Assembly (NCBI GenBank): GCA_046563655.1
Contig: CM102286.1
Location: 1,116,001-1,180,000, forward strand
Source of the DNA: Yuukianura sp. NJ FZ-2021
Lineage: Eukaryota
Length of the DNA: 64,000 nucleotides
Direction of reading: 5' to 3'
Shown: positions 50,313 to 64,000 of the stretch, in pieces
Position numbering within the stretch: the first letter of the stretch is position 1
Layout: every line of letters begins with the position of its first letter
Notes under the pieces: model-generated
What the model saw: the letters and a program-made list of their open reading frames with translations, nothing else
Told to the model about the DNA's origin: nothing
Databases searched by the model: none
Translations under genes and position numbers: made by a program

Positions 50313-51096
50313 TTATGGATCTTGATTCTGTGAAACAAAAAAGTTTCCAGCCACAGGAGCCGTCGAAAGCCGATTTTCTTGCACAAATTTTTTCCAGTCC
50401 AAATTTGTTATGTAAGGCAACCGTCCGGTGTTTTCAAGCGTCAAATTCAATTTCCCGCCAAGTTGCTCATGGACCAGAAACACATAACGTCGAAGGCCAA
50501 CTCCTTTTGGTGGCATTGGACCAAAGTACTTGACCTTGACCTCACCGTGACCTTGACCTTGACCTCTTTTCTCAGGTTGAATGTTCACTTGAAGCCAATG
50601 TGGAACTGAGCGATGAATTGGATTTGCTCGACTCACGGCATCTATCCCTACAAAGCAAAATTTAAAATTTTCATTAAAATTTTGCTTTTTTTTGTAATTT
50701 TTATTAAAATTTTGCTTTTTTGTCATATTTGTACCGAGAAATGCCAGCATGTAGACAGCATCTACTTTTCCCATCCACTGAATCCAGTAAGGCTGTTCCG
50801 AAGTTTGACCTGGGGTCAACTCCATTCCTGGGTACACGGGAGTAGTTGTGCCGTAAGTCACCCATAACATTTCTTTTGGACTTCTATCCAAAATGTCCGG
50901 TACAATTTCAGCTGATAAAAATGCGTCTTCAACCATCATCATCTGACAAGTGACCAGGTTCGGCTTAAACATCTAGCAAAATTTTTAAATTTTGAAAATA
51001 TTAAATTATGAAAAATTCAGTTTGAGTTCATCTAAAGAATTGCTGTTACAATCTTACCAATTCCAGTAGCGCCAACAAATGCCAAAACCGATTCAT
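50313..51096 (-). CDS. Phosphatidylethanolamine-binding protein (PEBP/RKIP family), probably secreted
   Basis: IVPDILD; PGMELTP; HWLQVNI; YFGPMPPKGVGLRRYVFLVHEQ; PVAGNFF; short hydrophobic first exon MNRFWHLLALLEL. Confidence 0.9.
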
Positions 51097-51637
51097 CTTT
51101 TTTTTTTCTACCAATGGCAGCTCAGGTCAACAATTTTTGAAACACTGGCTCATTTACATATACGCACGTCGAAATTATAACACACATAAAAAATTGTAAA
51201 AGTTGTGTTGCGAAATGAGAAATGAGCTTGTATTTGATTGGATGCACCTCTTTGGTTTCAGTTTTGCGGTCCTTGGCATGTCACTTTGACACTCCAAGGT
51301 AAAATTTTGACAATTTTTCATACAAAAATACACACAATTTTTCATACAAAAATAGACACACTTTTTCATACACAAATGCATGTAAGCAAACCATAATTCA
51401 AGTGTTTTCGTAAAATGTTTTGCTTTTGATCCACAAATTACGTTATGTGAACCATGAATCATTAACTTTTCAAGCTCGAAAGAATCACTTTCAAGTTTTT
51501 TATTCAAATTGATATAATTGTAGGTAAACAAATTTCAAAATTTTAGAAAAGTGCAAAAAGTTTCTGAAATTGACTATTTTTATTTTTTTTTGCAAAATGT
51601 TTTTTTTTCTCCAGAAATTGTATTTTCCAAAGAATGG

Positions 51638-52449
51638 TTATAGTTTGAGCTCAACGGTTTTTGAGTATGTTGTAGTAGAGAGCTCAGACATATTTGGTTT
51701 CAACTTTTGAATTTCGTTATACACCGAGTCTTGTATCGTTTTTTGCAGAGCTGGATCACTCAGTGGAAGTTTGGGATAAATTCGGATATCCAAATTTTCA
51801 AAACCAAAAGTCATACTAATTTTTGACAATTTGAACCAGTTGCCAGGCGACGGTAGAACCGTGCCGGATCCACGCAGATCTGCACCGTAGATGGCTCCAT
51901 AAGCAGAACCTACCACCAAAAGTTAATATCAAAATCAAAAATTTAGCTTCTAAAGTTATGTTTTTTGTTACCTTCGCTGATTGGCGTAGGAACTTGAAAA
52001 AAACTTGCAAAGTAATATTTCAGAACGTAGTTGGTGGAGGCACTCATGTTGCCCACAAAATTTTCAAAGGTCATGTCTCTTGTCAAGGGGTCAATTTGGA
52101 GCCCTTTGACCTTGAACGTCGAGAGCCCACTGAAGGTCAACTTGCTTAAAATTAGTTCATAAAAACCTAGGTTTGGAGACAAAGGATGCGGAAATTTCAA
52201 AGGAATGTCCAGGGGAAACACAAATGGATCCAGAAATGGAATCCCATTGGCTGCACTTCCCTTTAACATCACTCGGCGCCAATTTTCAAAAGATTGGAGC
52301 ACAAGAGTTTCCAGCGGAATTGTTCCAGTTCCTGGAAGGGGTACTGAAATTCCATTTCGATCTTCTTCCAGGTCAGAGGTCACTTGTGATAAAAATGCTA
52401 TTTTAGACACCAGCAATAACAAAATATGACAACTTTTAAAAATTTTCAT
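51638..52449 (-). CDS. Haemolymph juvenile-hormone-binding/takeout-like lipid carrier
   Basis: Signal peptide; GIPFLDPF; LTFSGLSTFKV; two exons; about 250 aa. Confidence 0.65.
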
Positions 52450-53056
52450 TCTAAACTGCGAAAAAGAGTTGGGATGAAATAGCACAAAAATGCACTTTTT
52501 GACAAAACAAAAATAGCAGTGGCAAGGTTGTTTTATAGAGGATTATTTTGTCAAAACAGTGACGAAAATTATCACAGCAATAATTTTCATAATTTTCATA
52601 AAATTTTGTTATATAATTCAAGGTGTTTGGTGGAATTCGACATTGAGAATGAAACAAAAACCGCAGATGTGTGGAAGAATAATTTATTGAGATAGGAATA
52701 ATAGTTGTGCAATAAATGCTATTCATTAACGCAGTTCGAGGTCGAACAAAGAGTGGAATTTTTTCTGAATTGAATGATTTTTAGCACGTTTTTACAATTT
52801 TGACAACTTAACCAAACGAAAACTTCTGTCAATTCATGTTTTCTTCTAAATCACTAAAACGTTTTTTTAATGACGCAAACAAATCTTGTGCTGAATTCTT
52901 GGTTGAATTCTGATTACTTCTGATTGAATTCTGATTGTAATCAAAACCAAAAATTTGCTTACACGGACATCATCATGCGGCTTAAGATTTTCAAATTAAA
53001 GATTTGGTTACTAACTTTTTTGAGGTTATTTGGAAACTGTGCTAGTAGAGAGAACC

Positions 53057-55590
53057 ATGACGGAAAAGAAAGAAAAAATTAGTGACTCAAAACCAAAAAA
53101 TTTTGAAGATATTTTGGATCTCATTGGCAAGTTTTGATTTCTGTACTTAAGCTAGTGAAAACTTCGAAATTTGCCAGCTTCAAGATAAAATTTGAGAATT
53201 AAATTAATTTTTTTTTCTTTTTAGGCGGATTCGGAAAATTTCAAGTTTTTGTTCTGGTGGTTCTTACAGGTTTAGACTTTCCGTCAGCACTGTTGAGCTT
53301 ACTGCCTATTTTTATTGGTAGTTTTTTAAACATTTTTTTTTTTTCAAAATTCCAAAATTTTCAATCTTCAAAGTTTTATTTTTGATCTTAGGAGCTAACC
53401 CGGAGCATTGGACATGTGATGGAAATGTCCTAAACGCCGCGGAAATTTGCAGTTGTAACGGAACCTTGACGTCGTCGCTGCCACAAACGTCAATTGTAGG
53501 AGAGGTTAGTGTTGTCCGCGTGTTCAACTCAAACTGCAGGCTAAAATTTAAAAAAAAATATTTCAGTGGTCTCTCGTTTGTGGTCAGTCGTGGGTTACCG
53601 ACTTCGTAACGAGTTTACAGATGCTTGGATCCGTTTTGTCAACTCTTTTGTTATCTCAGATTTCTGATTGGTACGAGTTTTCACTTTGTCAAAATTTTTA
53701 ATTTTATGAACTGTGGCCGCAGAACTTTTTCGAAATTTTTAAATTTATCGTTTTTTTTTTGTGTTAGGTATGGACGTCGTGGAGCAATAAATTCAGTTTG
53801 CATTGTGTTTGGAATTGGTGCCATTTTATCTGCTCTGGCTCCCGATATCTACACTTTTGCACTCGGCCGAATCCTTGTGGGAGCTGGATCATCAGGTATT
53901 CATCACTTAATTAATTAGTTTTAATTAAAATTAATTAAATGTAACAATTAACTAATTTTTAGCATTCATTTTTTTAAATGTAGGTTCCCAAGGACTGGCG
54001 ACTGTTTACAGTATTGAGTTTATGCCGATTGCATCGCGACCACTTCCGAGCTCCGTTCGGCCATACGGTGAAGCCATCATGTTGCTGGGTGTCTTGGCTT
54101 ACTTTTTTCGTCCGTGGAGAACTCTAGCATGGGCCACAGCAGCTTCCATTTTAATAGTGGGCTGCTTAGTACCGTAAGTTAGCCGAACTAAACTAACGTC
54201 AAGTTATAATTTACCGTAAAACTTCTAATAGACGCCGGTTTCTAAAGATCCCAGGGCTTCTATATGCTAATATGCTATAATAGCTATGCTATAGGTTATA
54301 ACCCACTTTTTCAAAAAATTACGAAAAACAAATTCTGTACAAATTTTGTACGAATCCCATTTGCTTTACATATGGCACGAGGTCCACTATACAGACAAAA
54401 AATTAAACCAAATAATTTTTTTAAACAGGATTTATTGCATTACCTGTTAAGAAAAAACAGACAAAATTTCGATTTAACCAACCTTGGCCTAGACCAGTAT
54501 TATTCTATTTACCTTAGGCCCAGTCTGAGAAACAAATACGCAGGATAGAATTCAAACTCTTAATACACGCCGGGGCATTTATTAGAATTTTTACGGTAAC
54601 TGAATTTTGAGGACTTGTTTTTTTTTGTGCAGACTCGTTCCAGAGAGTCCACGGTGGTTAATGCAAAAAGGCCGGGTAGCAGAGGCACATGAAATTTTGG
54701 CACGCATGGCCAAAATAAATAATCGACCGCCATTGGACGAAAGCGTGGTTCGGGATGTGGCTGAAAAAGAAATGGGCAGTGGAGCTGCTGAGAATGTCGG
54801 TTCAGATGGAAAAGCAGTGAAGAATTCTTATTTGACGATACTTAAAGACAGGAGCCTTCGAACCCGCGCTCTCTGTTTGATGATTTTATGGTTTTCTTGG
54901 GCTGTTGTTGGGTTTGGACTGGCGTTTAACATTCGACATATACCGGGTGATCCATACTGGAATGTCATCTACATGGGCTTGGCGGATTCTCTTGGCTACC
55001 CCTCCGGTCTACTCATTTTGAATCGCCTGGGACGAAAAACATCAGTTTGTTTGTCCATGACGTTTGGGGCAGTTTGGCTCGTGGTGTTGGCCGTTTTGTA
55101 TTTGACGACAGAGGTCAAAGGTCATCCTGAAATTGTGATGCTGTTGTACCTGCTGGCCAAGTATGGATATGCAATTGCTCGGTCGACACTACGATGTCTC
55201 AGTGCAGAATCCTTCCCAACTGCAGTTAGAAGCATTGGTAACTTACCCGCCTTTTTAAATTCAAAAATTTAAGGTTATTTGAAGGTTTTTTTTTTCAACT
55301 TTGACGTTTTTCTAAGGTTCTGGCCTTTCTGGAGTTTCATTTTCAATGGGACTAGTGATTTGTCCACAACTTGTTTACTTGGGAGCATGTAAGATTCAAA
55401 TCTCAAAACATTTACAAAATTATTGTGGAATTTTTTTTTGATTTTGCAAAAAAAATTTTGCATTGCAGATGACCCGGCTATTCCACTGTTGGCTTTTGCA
55501 GCAATCAGCGTGATTGGTTGCATATTTGCATTTTTGATGCCGGAGACTAAAGGAAAACCGCTTCAAGATACAATTAAGCATCGCATTTAG
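53057..55590 (+). CDS. SLC22/organic cation transporter-like MFS transporter
   Basis: FEDILDLIGGFGKFQ; SIVGEWSLVC; SDWYGRR; VPESPRWL; RLGRK; AESFPTAVRS; MPETKGKPL. Confidence 0.92.
54214..54596. mobile_element. Tc1/mariner-pogo-type MITE with TA target duplication, in an SLC22 intron
   Basis: TA|ccgtaaaacttctaatagacgcc ... ggcatttattagaatttttacgg|TA: imperfect ~24-bp TIRs flanked by TA. Confidence 0.75.
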
Positions 55591-55665
55591 ATACTGCGTC
55601 TTAAAAAATGTTTTTGTAAACAAAATAAAATTTATAATAAAATGTTGTTACAATACTAATACATT

Positions 55666-58082
55666 TTATTTGCCATGTTCTACGTCTGCAACAGTTTCTG
55701 GCAGTCGTCTATTCTTTGTTTCCGGTAACACTAGTGAAACCGTACCAGCTACCAACGACACCGTTCCGAAAACAAAAGTGGGCAACGCCTTATTGTCTTG
55801 GCCCTGCAACAATCATAGAATTATAAATATAATATAATACATATTTCGATTCAATATTAATATAATTTATATCATTTAAAGTTATACTTATAGTTATTTT
55901 GTAGTTTTACCATCAAGTCTACAATGAAAGGTGCCGATGCAGATCCGATTCTGCCGACCATCGATGCCGATCCGACGCCGAACGTTCTTAAAATTGTTGG
56001 CATCACTTCAGTAGCGTACAGGTAAATTAAACTGAAAAAAAAAATTCAAACTAAAATTTATAAGAAATTTCATAAAAGTTTGCACTCTTTTTTAGAACTT
56101 ACGCATATGCAGCTCCTATTAACAATTTTCCAATCAGAGCAAGTGCAATTATCAATACTGAACCCTGCTCAAACAAAAGTGAGCCCATGAGACACAAACC
56201 GCACAGCAGAAGAAATCCAGAGAAAATTTTACGTCTTCCCAAAAATTTTATGAGTGGCGACACCATGAGATACGAAGGAATTTCTAGCACTCCGCTTAGG
56301 AATGTGTATCTAAAAGTTCAAAAAAAGCATTGACCTTTGACCTACAAAATTTTGAACTTTAGAGTAGCACTGTCTTGTAAATTACAAATAGCGGTCAGCT
56401 GACAAATTCGGAGAGTTGAGCGCCACACCGTAGTAAACCATTGCAATTGACGTCCAGCATATGTAGAGCACCAGAGTTCGTGTGCGCAGTTTCCGTGTGC
56501 GAAAAAGCCTGGCATGCCCACTAACCCATGCACTGAGTCTCTCCGTCCAACTTCTGTTTTCTGGTTTCATTTTCTGAAAAAGTAACCACAATTTTCTAAA
56601 AACTGGAGTTTTCGAATTAGTTTTTAAGTTTTACAACTTACAATATTTCCCGCCACGTTTTGAACAAGATCAGAAAAATTCGTGGGAAGATTTTCTGCCC
56701 GTCGATTTAAAGATGCTGCTCTGCGCAAGCATGACTCTGCTTCTGCTGTTCTGCCTTTGCTGAGTAGCCACCGTGGACTTTCTGGAGTAAGCCAACACAC
56801 GAGGATCTGCAAAATAGATGGAGTAGACAGCACTAGTTGTAAAGTGCGCCACTCACGGAAGAAATACGCAACAGCAGGCAATGTCATGTAACCTTCAAAA
56901 AGTTCCAAAACATAAAGAAAAGCGCATGCGTACAGCCATTTTCGTTGCAAACCTACCCAGTGCAAAGGGAAGGCAAAACAGACTTCCCACGAGTCCTCTC
57001 CATGATTGTCCCACATTCTCTACAACTAAAAAAAAAATTCAAAATTCTAAGCCTTGGATACATTTTTTTCAAAATTTCGAAGTTTTTGATTGTTTTTTTA
57101 CCAAGTACGAATGAAGTTGCGTAGAGTCCGGGAGCAGATGTACCAAGAATGAACCGGGCTATCATGAGTAATGGAAAATTTGGAGCGAGAGCGACCATTG
57201 GTCCAGCGAAGAGAAAAACGATACTTGCGACGGTCAACGTCCGACGACGTCCGATTTTGTCCGAAAGAGAGCCGAATATGGTACTGCCGAAGAGTATTCC
57301 GATCATATAAATTGCTTGAACTGCAGAAGCCAATGGTTCAGATCCACAAACTAAATTGAACTTAAAGTTGAAAAAAACTCAATTAACTCCAAATTTTAAC
57401 GTTAAAGTTAACAACGTTAATTTAATTTTTAAGTTAGTACTTCTGTAACAATCGTGGTCTGAAATATGTCTGAATTATACTCAAATTCGGAACAGCTCAA
57501 AGTTTTGTTTCGGTTCACAAGTATCGTTTCATTTGTCCAAGGAATTTCACTGTTCGGCAGGTCAAAGGTCATGCACATTTCATACTCTCCAGCATCATCT
57601 CTAAAAATTTCAAAAATGTTAGGTTATGTTTTAAGCATAAATTAACAAAAACTTTAGTTCTTACTTTGGAATCAGCAAATCTCTGACTTCTGATTGGCTA
57701 CTGCCGTTAATCTGCGGAAGTTTACAGAAATGCGGCGGTGCAGCTCCGATGAATGCATAAGCCAAATTTTGAATTGACGTCGAAAAGCCACAGAACGACG
57801 CCAGGAAAAACACCTACATACAAATTCAAAAAAAATTGAAAACATTTTTTTTTTCAAAAATTTTGGAAATTTGATGAAGTTTTTTGCCTGTACCTTGGCC
57901 TGCCAAAGTCCAGCTTGTCCACACATTTTGAGTAAATCTTCAAAAGTGGTTGGAGTGCCTTTGAGTTTTGTTTCATCTCGTGCCTGAAGTTGACTTGGAG
58001 TGGCATCGGCGTCACTTTCATCCCAACTTTCACCACGGATACAAGTGGCTCTTTCACCCTCGTATGTCTGTTCACTTTTCAT
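55666..58082 (-). CDS. SLC22/organic cation transporter-like MFS transporter
   Basis: FEDLLKMCGQAGLWQ; TIVTE; GSLSDKIGRR; PESPRWLL; YYGVALNS; LEIPSY; ATEVMPTILR; LPETKNRRLPETVADVE. Confidence 0.93.
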
Positions 58083-61000
58083 TTCTGCCGGTGCTTTCCC
58101 TTATCGCCTAGGAAAAAGTCACGTTTAGTTTAGTATTCACGTCGTTCCTGCCTCTTGTAGCTTTCGCCAGTGTTTTCCAGATTTAAAAGAAACGCGGGCT
58201 TGTTGTGGTTATCTTGTCCTTAGCTCAGCTAGAGTTGAATTGATCCAGAATTTTTTTATGGCAGCCCAACAGTAGAATAAAAGTCAATTCAAATGGCCAT
58301 GTCAACCGACACTGGCAGAATTTCTGCACTGAAATTTGATCCGCCTGGCCTAAAACACAGACATTTCAAGAACCACTCCATTAGTACAACTCTAGATTCA
58401 GTTACGGAAAATTTTGACGGAGAATAAACAAAACTTTGTTTCGAAAACATCATTAGACACTAACCAAAAAATAACAAAAATCTGCACAAGCACACTGGAG
58501 CACCAAAAACTCAACTTTTTTGACAAAGTGCTTTTGAATTATGTGATTCGAGTTCGGAGAAAATCGGAACCGAACGGTGAAATTTCCAAAGGGGGCAAAA
58601 AAATTCAAGCCGAATTCGGGCATAAGCTTTTTAGTTCTCTTCTTTTAGCAACTCTTTGTAACTTTTAGACTTTTAGCACTTTAAGACTAATAATTATTTT
58701 GAACACATACTTGGATTAAAAGTTGAAATTTTTTGAAATTTAAAAGGAACGCTGTATAGCCGTAAAGAAACGGAGTTTGCAGTGCAGTGAACTAAAAAAA
58801 AGTTAGGTACGCAAAAATGAGGAGCAATTTTTTTTTTTTTGGAAAAGTGCCAAATTAAAACAGGAATGAAAGGCGTAAGGAAGAAAATTATGTAAGTCCT
58901 TGCGCCTATTTCCTGCTGAGAATTGGCATTCCACTTCACCAAAATTTTAGAAAAAGAACTTGGCTTCGTCTGGAATTTACTTTTTCAAAAACTTAAAGCT
59001 TTTGTCTAGTTTTACACTGAAGATGACTCAGACAAAATACTACCAGTTCTGTTCAACCGTCTATAAACTAAGAGTCTATAAACTAAGCGTCTATAAGCCT
59101 ATTCTCTCATCCCAAAATCTCTCTCCTTCTCGATCCATTAATTTCATCTAATAAAATTAAGGCCCCTTGTTTTGAAATTTATTCTCAAGGGACCCTTGGC
59201 GTTTAATAAATTAAAATTAGTTTAAACTTCATAAAATTTTCAAAATTCTAAAACACAAGATCCCAATCCCAACTTCAACCAAACTACAAACTTCAAAAAA
59301 ACTTAAAATAAAAAATTAAAATTCTTTGTAGCCACCGAAACACTCACTCCTGAAATTTGTGAAATTCTTTGATCATTTTTAAATACACTTCACCTTCTAA
59401 CATAAGTGGAGTCCCTTCAATATTTTTTTATTCAGTTTCAAAAAATGAAAAAAAAAAATAAGATTTTTGAAACTGTGCTTCTTGAGTCAATTTGGGTTTG
59501 ACAATGAAAAGAAATGGAGAAAGCATTTTTGCTGAGTCATTTGTACCAAATCAAAGGAAAGAATTTCAGCTGAGCCAAAGAGGGGGCACTTAAGGACAAA
59601 GTCAAAAAGTGAACGTGCTTCGTCATCAATTTCACTGACTCAATTGATTTTTTCCATCGGAAAAAGTACCCTGTGTACCCTTAAAGCAGGGACTATGTGC
59701 TCTGGAGTGTCTTTAGGCAAGTGACTTGACTGTAATCGACTCGATACTTTCTCTCCAGTAGCTGTCTTTCGCCTGATACTTTATTTTTGTGAAAAGGATT
59801 TGAAAAGTACCCGGGATTTATGATCTTCCGGGTCACACGAAATTCCGGAACAGACAAGGTTCTGCTCCCATCTCGGTTTTTTTTCTTATGCTTTTTACAC
59901 CCTGACAGTATCGATTGTTATTTCGGAGCAAAAGAAAAGCTTTCTCGACCTTACATTTTCGTTCCAACGTTTTGAAGTTTTGAAAAACAGAAAATTCAAA
60001 AACTCAAAATTTTATAATTCTGTAAATTTTTTGTATATATGAGAATATACTCGTAGTTTACATAACTCAACACCAAAATATGAAAACGAAGCCCGCTTTT
60101 GAGATTATCGATAAACCATTTTCAAATTTTTGAATTTTTTTTTCTTTCAAAATGCGGGAGTTGCAAACAAGGCTCGCCGCAAAACAAACTTCCTTAAGGA
60201 AAAGGAGTGTATTTAAGCATTTTGAATTTTCCCGCTCGTTCGCTTTCTCCGCCGCTCTTAATATGAAAATCAATACGCATACAGAATGGAAAGGAGGAAA
60301 AACCTCAGTTTTCTCTCATCAGTTTCTTTTTCCCTCCGGACGTCTAATGAAAATGAAAGAGAAGATATCAAGTTTTCCAATTCCTAGTTTTTGAAAAAAG
60401 CGCCTTTTCTTACTGACTTTCTCTTTTTTGGAAAAAAAATGAATGGGAAACCTTAGAATTTTCATTCTTTGAGGATTTTTAATCTTTTCTCCAAAAATTA
60501 ATTGTTTTCCTGTCATACAATTTTTTTAGGAGTATAAGATAACTTTTCAGACTTTCATGAAAAAAATGGCAACATGTTTTTAAGAATCTTACAAAAAAAA
60601 TTCTTTGTTATGAAAAAAGTTATGAAACTTTTGAAAACTAACATGAATGAGACAACAGAAAGTATGAAAACCACTCGGGACTTGTTAGACAGCCTGGGTG
60701 GGATTACGTAATAATTGATTTTTCCTTTGGACTTGACTTTCTCCATTAGTTCCACTTGAAGTGCCGCTGGAAATGAGTTTTGTTGGAGTTCAACGGAATG
60801 AAAGCTTTCTCTTTTTTTCGTTTTTCGGATTTTTTTTCGAAGAAAAAATCGAAAAAAGCAGGATCAAAGTAGGACGATTGGGATTAAACGGAAAACAATC
60901 CTTTTTGTAAAGCCTGTCCATTTCTTTTCATTCTTTTTGTTACAATCTGAAACTGATAGAAATCATCGACACTATCTCAATTCTTCCACTTTCTCTTTTT

Positions 61001-63299
61001 GTTCACTTTTTTTGTGCCCGCCAATTCATTTAATCCCACTAATCCAGCTTTTTCACATAAAATCCTAACACCTTTTTTTTGATAAAAAAAAAGAAATTGT
61101 AAAACTAGTCGAATTCTGCTTTATCCCTTCACTAGGTGAGTAGGAAGTACGCCATTTAATCGAATGAATTACTACGAACCAAATTTCTCCGAATGAATTT
61201 CTCCGAAACCAATTGAAACGAAAGTTGATTTTACCCGAATCAAATTCAACGAAAGAAATAGTAGTACAGACACAAGAGAACCTAACCACTTTTACATTTT
61301 CAGAAATGTTGTCTTATTTTATTAACGCTGTTTTTCCCTTCGAGATAGCTTTCACTGCATTTCGACAAAAAAAATCCAACTGCATTTTTTGATTACGTTT
61401 TTCATTGATTTTGTTTGCAGCACTTTTTTTTTCAAAAAAATTCTTTCCACTGCACGTTTTTTCGAAAATGGCTCAAATCAAAGGTTAGTAGAACAAAGTT
61501 GTGCAGCACGAATGTACTCACAGTAGAACAAAGTTTCCCTTTAGGAAAAAATGTTCAACCAACTGTAACGTAAACATCCTAACGAGTACACCCTAACCTA
61601 AACAAACCTCAATAACCTAACAAAAAGTAATAATAAAACGAAAGTCCATTTAGGTAATGGGAAGGTTCTAAGGAATCTACTTTGATGTGCTTACCTGTTC
61701 TTCCTGTTCTGAAGTTTACTTTATGTGCAATCAAGTTGCTCAAGTACCTCCAGGACTAACATTCTTCCTAACTCCGTTTTTACCAATAATGAATCCAGAG
61801 CAAACAACTTTTTATTTCCTTCCGTTTCCACTGTTAGCTCACAAGAAAAAAATGAGATTTTTTAGAACCTTTATTGAGAAGGGAGATTTTGAAATTCGCG
61901 GCATGAGGAAAAGAGGGCGGGTGTAAAATATAAATCGGATATTGGCACAGAAGGCACAGGAGAATGTCGTTGTTCGGAGCTTCCTCAAGGTTGTTGGCAT
62001 GGCTTTTTGGCAAATGGAAAAAACTGGTCTTAAACCTCTAAATTCCATTACACTTTTTTGAACTTTCGCGTTCAGTTCAATATGACTTTCTCTTTTCATG
62101 AGAAAAGAAAGTGAGAGGAAAAAATTTCATTCAAAATGGAAATTCCAGTCACTTCAAATCCAAATTTAAACTTCCCGCGTCTCTCCAGATTTCAAATCAC
62201 AGACCAATGTCTCTAGTTTTCAAAAAAAAAAGAGAAAGTGGAAACGGACATAAAAACTTTTATAGTTTTTTTTGGACAAATTGACTTGGGCTTGCTTTTA
62301 GCCTAACGTAAACCTAAATTTACCGTTGCTTGACTCTAGATTAGGGTAGGTTAACCTAACATGTTAGGCTAACAAGTGATGGTTGACGCCAATTTGGGTT
62401 AAGTTTTAGCCAAACTGTTTTGAATTTTGAGCCTCATTTCCCTCCGTTCAGCACCTCACTTCCCTTTGAATTTTAAATTAAAGAGTCTCAGGTTACCCCA
62501 AAATGAGTTTCGGAATTATTCAAAGAAGGGGGCTTTTAAGGACCAAAATTTAATCAAAATTTAGCTGAAGCGAGTGAACTTTTTTGCATTCTCGAAAGTA
62601 GAATGCAAAAGAAAGTAGAGGAGCTCAATTACTGAAAATTACTCTGAGAGAGGCCTCTGGCTTCATGCTACAACAAAAAGAGAAAATTTCTACTTTCGTT
62701 TTAGGCTATAGACTGAAAAAAAATCAAAAAACTTAGAAAGTTATTCCACTTTTGCAACTTTCTTCAAAACGCCCGCGCTTTCATTCAAAATGCAAATCTG
62801 GTTCAGCACAAAAGTTTTCGAAAAAATAATTTCCGGAGAGACTGCGTCAATTTAAAAAATTAAAAAAAAGCAAGCAAGTTTGTGAATTATTAACAAAATG
62901 TATGCAGTTTCAGTAGCACCAAAAATTGTTCAAATACGAGAATTCGAAATTTTTAGTTTCAAAGATTTTGAAATTTTCCTTTCTTAAATTGGCCGTTTTT
63001 GTGACGTTTTTTTAAAATGGAAAATTTTGGAAAATGTGGCACATTATCTTATGTAGTTTTTGTGGTAAATATGTTACGGTTACTGCTACTGCAAAATTTA
63101 GTTCAAATGCACAGAAGCTTCCAGTAAAAAATTGTACGATTTTATCGTTATCTTTGTTAGTGCCATTTCAAAAGACTTTTTTGAATCGTTAGACGTCCTG
63201 AATTTTAAGTTGCTTTAAATTGTGATGTGTAATCTCTAAAGAGGCACTGTTGCATAAATTGTCAAGCAAAAACTAGGCAAATGGTTACAAAAGAGATAC

Positions 63300-63370
63300 G
63301 GGTGGTTATGACCCCTACGATGGTTACGATGGTTACGATGGTTACTCCTACAGAAGCCCCGGTGGTTACT
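63300..63370. repeat. Short 9-bp tandem repeat (gatggttac)
   Basis: gatggttac three times plus related ggtggtta(c/t) units. Confidence 0.6.
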
Positions 63371-64000
63371 TAGACTTCCAACTGGGAGTCAATGATGCAA
63401 GGAACATTTTTCCTTTTCGAATCATCTCCAGAGATCCGAATTTTCCTGAATCCAGCTCAAATCTACTTCGTTTTTGGCACTGGCTTTCTCCACAAAAAAA
63501 AATCAAAAAACTGAATGAAAAAAATCGAAAGGCTCTCGGCTTATGGTAAATCCTCTATTTGAAGTTGTAACTTTGACTTTTACAATCTCCAACTGTCACC
63601 AGAATAAAATCAAAGTCAACTAGAAATCCATTACTTTTCCAAATTTTCAAAAAATCGAATTCCAAAAAACCTCAGACGGATTTTGCTAAAAAAATCGGAG
63701 CGAAATTAGACTTCCGCTATGCCGGTTTTTGCAAAAGTGGAAACTGGTTTTCACTTAATCCAAAAATTGAAATTTTGAAATCAAATTACAAAAAAAGTTA
63801 CCTAGATATCATGGGTCAATGGACGCATTGTGAATGTTACTTTCTCTTTTTATCTCAAAATTTCATTTTTTTTTGTTACGCAATAACTTTTTTCCGGAAA
63901 AACGGAAAAAAATCAGGCGTATTTTGGGAGTGGCTGAAACATAGATGGACGAAATTTTTTTGTCCTCTTTGCCTCGTGTGACTGCGCGACAAAGGCTGAA

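Noticed and set aside
58100..63200. Short ORFs in the right-hand region
   Set aside because: AT-rich and low complexity with no domain motifs; likely regulatory or intronic DNA with repeat fragments.
63278..63515. Gly/Tyr-rich exon (GGYDPYDGYDGYDGY) on plus, or a terminal exon on minus
   Set aside because: No start codon or linked exons could be established; the 9-bp repeat alone explains the pattern.

Overview
AT-rich, intron-rich eukaryotic DNA with many ~55-100 nt GT-AG introns. Gene content (delta-sarcoglycan, GR-like 7TM protein, JHBP/takeout, SLC22, SLC5) points to an arthropod, plausibly a springtail-like hexapod; this is inference only. The centre (29.3-50.2 kb) holds two tandem, paralogous reducing type I polyketide synthases that share intron positions. 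PKS-A is KS-AT-DH(D>N)-ER-KR-ACP with no release domain. PKS-B is KS-AT-DH-cMT-ER-KR(Y>H)-ACP-thioester reductase. The main finding is that five small exons at 38.76-40.14 kb, mostly missed by the ORF track, encode a degenerate glycogenin-like (GT8) domain that splices in frame onto the KS of PKS-B. An intronless stand-alone DxDTT-type class II terpene cyclase lies at 14.1-15.1 kb. Also present: a class 3 lipase, a kynurenine-formamidase/cyclase-family hydrolase, a secreted DJ-1/PfpI protein, PEBP, JHBP, two SLC22 transporters, and an SLC5 gene with two 169-nt mutually exclusive exons. Small mobile elements include several MITEs, a DINE-1-like element and two tRNA-derived SINE-like copies. All gene models were spliced by eye; no database searches were run.
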